DNA of 64,000 nt from Octopus bimaculoides. Lineage: Eukaryota. Shown in pieces: positions 63,204 through 64,000 of this stretch (position 1 is the stretch's first letter; each line of letters starts with the position of its first letter). The notes beneath the pieces were generated by a model, which saw nothing but the letters and a program-made list of their open reading frames with translations, was not told the DNA's origin and ran no database searches. Location of the stretch: NCBI RefSeq assembly GCF_001194135.2, contig NC_068999.1, positions 3,139,247 to 3,203,246 on the forward strand, read 5' to 3'. Position numbers and translations under genes: made by a program.

Positions 63204-63559
63204 ACGAGTGTGTTTATACACACACAGACACACACACACAGAGTGTGTATGTGTACAGTTGTAATTAAGAAGCTAATTAGAGGTCTTCAATTATAGACTT
63301 CATAATGAAGATAACATTTTCTATCTTGTATGTTTATTTTTGATATTTTCTAAGTTTTATTTGTTTTTTTTTCTCGCTTTCTTTCTGTATGATTGCGTCT
63401 GACAGCATTTTGGTTGGCTGCACTGTGGCAGAATCTCCGACTACCAGTAAACCATCTCATTAGAAACTTGGTCAGTTGTTTTAAGCTTCTGAAGATTTCA
63501 ACCACTCATTGACTTCACTGCAAAACATTCACCTGATTCTGTGAGCAGCAACTCACTGC

Positions 63560-63890
63560 CGCCTCACCCCCACGTCGAGGAAACCCTCCGCCTTCGTTGC
63601 CCTCTTTGTTTTCAGCTCCACGTAACATCACTTGGCAAACCTCCTCAAAGTCACTCCCTCTCCACCACACCAAGTTCTCCACGCCCCTCCACACGCACAC
63701 ACGCTCACACTAAGTGCAAATGTACGTCTGCTCACTTTAAACCTACAAGGCCACTGTCTCAGACAATCTCCCTTCCATTATCTTTCCACATGGCATCCCA
63801 GAATTAAACTCTATGCTCTTCAGACTTTCCGGTCTGTCACTCTCGACACAGATAAACCGTCGTTTTGGAGACACCTATCGTCTTAATCTA
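63560..63890 (+). mobile_element. Possible highly decayed RTE-like LINE 3' fragment
   Basis: RNITWQ and LQGHCLR...STWHP resemble the RTE L.I.W and RL..AGH..R...W.P motifs. Confidence 0.3.
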
Positions 63891-63943
63891 CTCACTTCCA
63901 ATATCTCTAACATAATGGACACATTAACAACGACCGTCTCCAA

Positions 63944-63946
<3 letters not shown>

Positions 63947-64000
<54 letters not shown>
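63947..64000. repeat. (CT)n microsatellite running off the window end
   Basis: Direct inspection. Confidence 0.95.

Overview
AT-rich animal DNA dense in microsatellites and SINEs, with eight N-gaps. The repeat landscape suggests a coleoid cephalopod such as Octopus; this is an inference from recalled SINE families, not proven. The only supportable host gene is a minus-strand cadherin with 25 coding exons (CDS 28928 to 5192). I rebuilt it by hand from GT-AG sites with consistent phases: 3777 nt, 1258 aa. The protein has a signal peptide, 7 cadherin (EC) repeats, a membrane-adjacent SEA/MAD-like region, one TM helix and a Ser/Asp/Tyr-rich tail of about 370 aa ending in a class I PDZ-binding motif (-TQL). 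Its signatures resemble the PCDH15/CDHR5/CDHR2/Cad86C-89D group rather than the clustered protocadherins. The rest (30-64 kb) is intergenic or 5' flank. It holds tRNA-derived SINEs of several families, Tc1/mariner/pogo/hAT MITEs, decayed mariner and maT transposases, RTE, R4/Dong and Tx1-like LINE fragments, minisatellites and a foldback element. One minisatellite is a tandem array of ROR/Rev-erb-type nuclear receptor sites. Most ORFs in the supplied track are microsatellite or N-gap artefacts. Repeat boundaries are approximate unless a TIR or TSD is cited.
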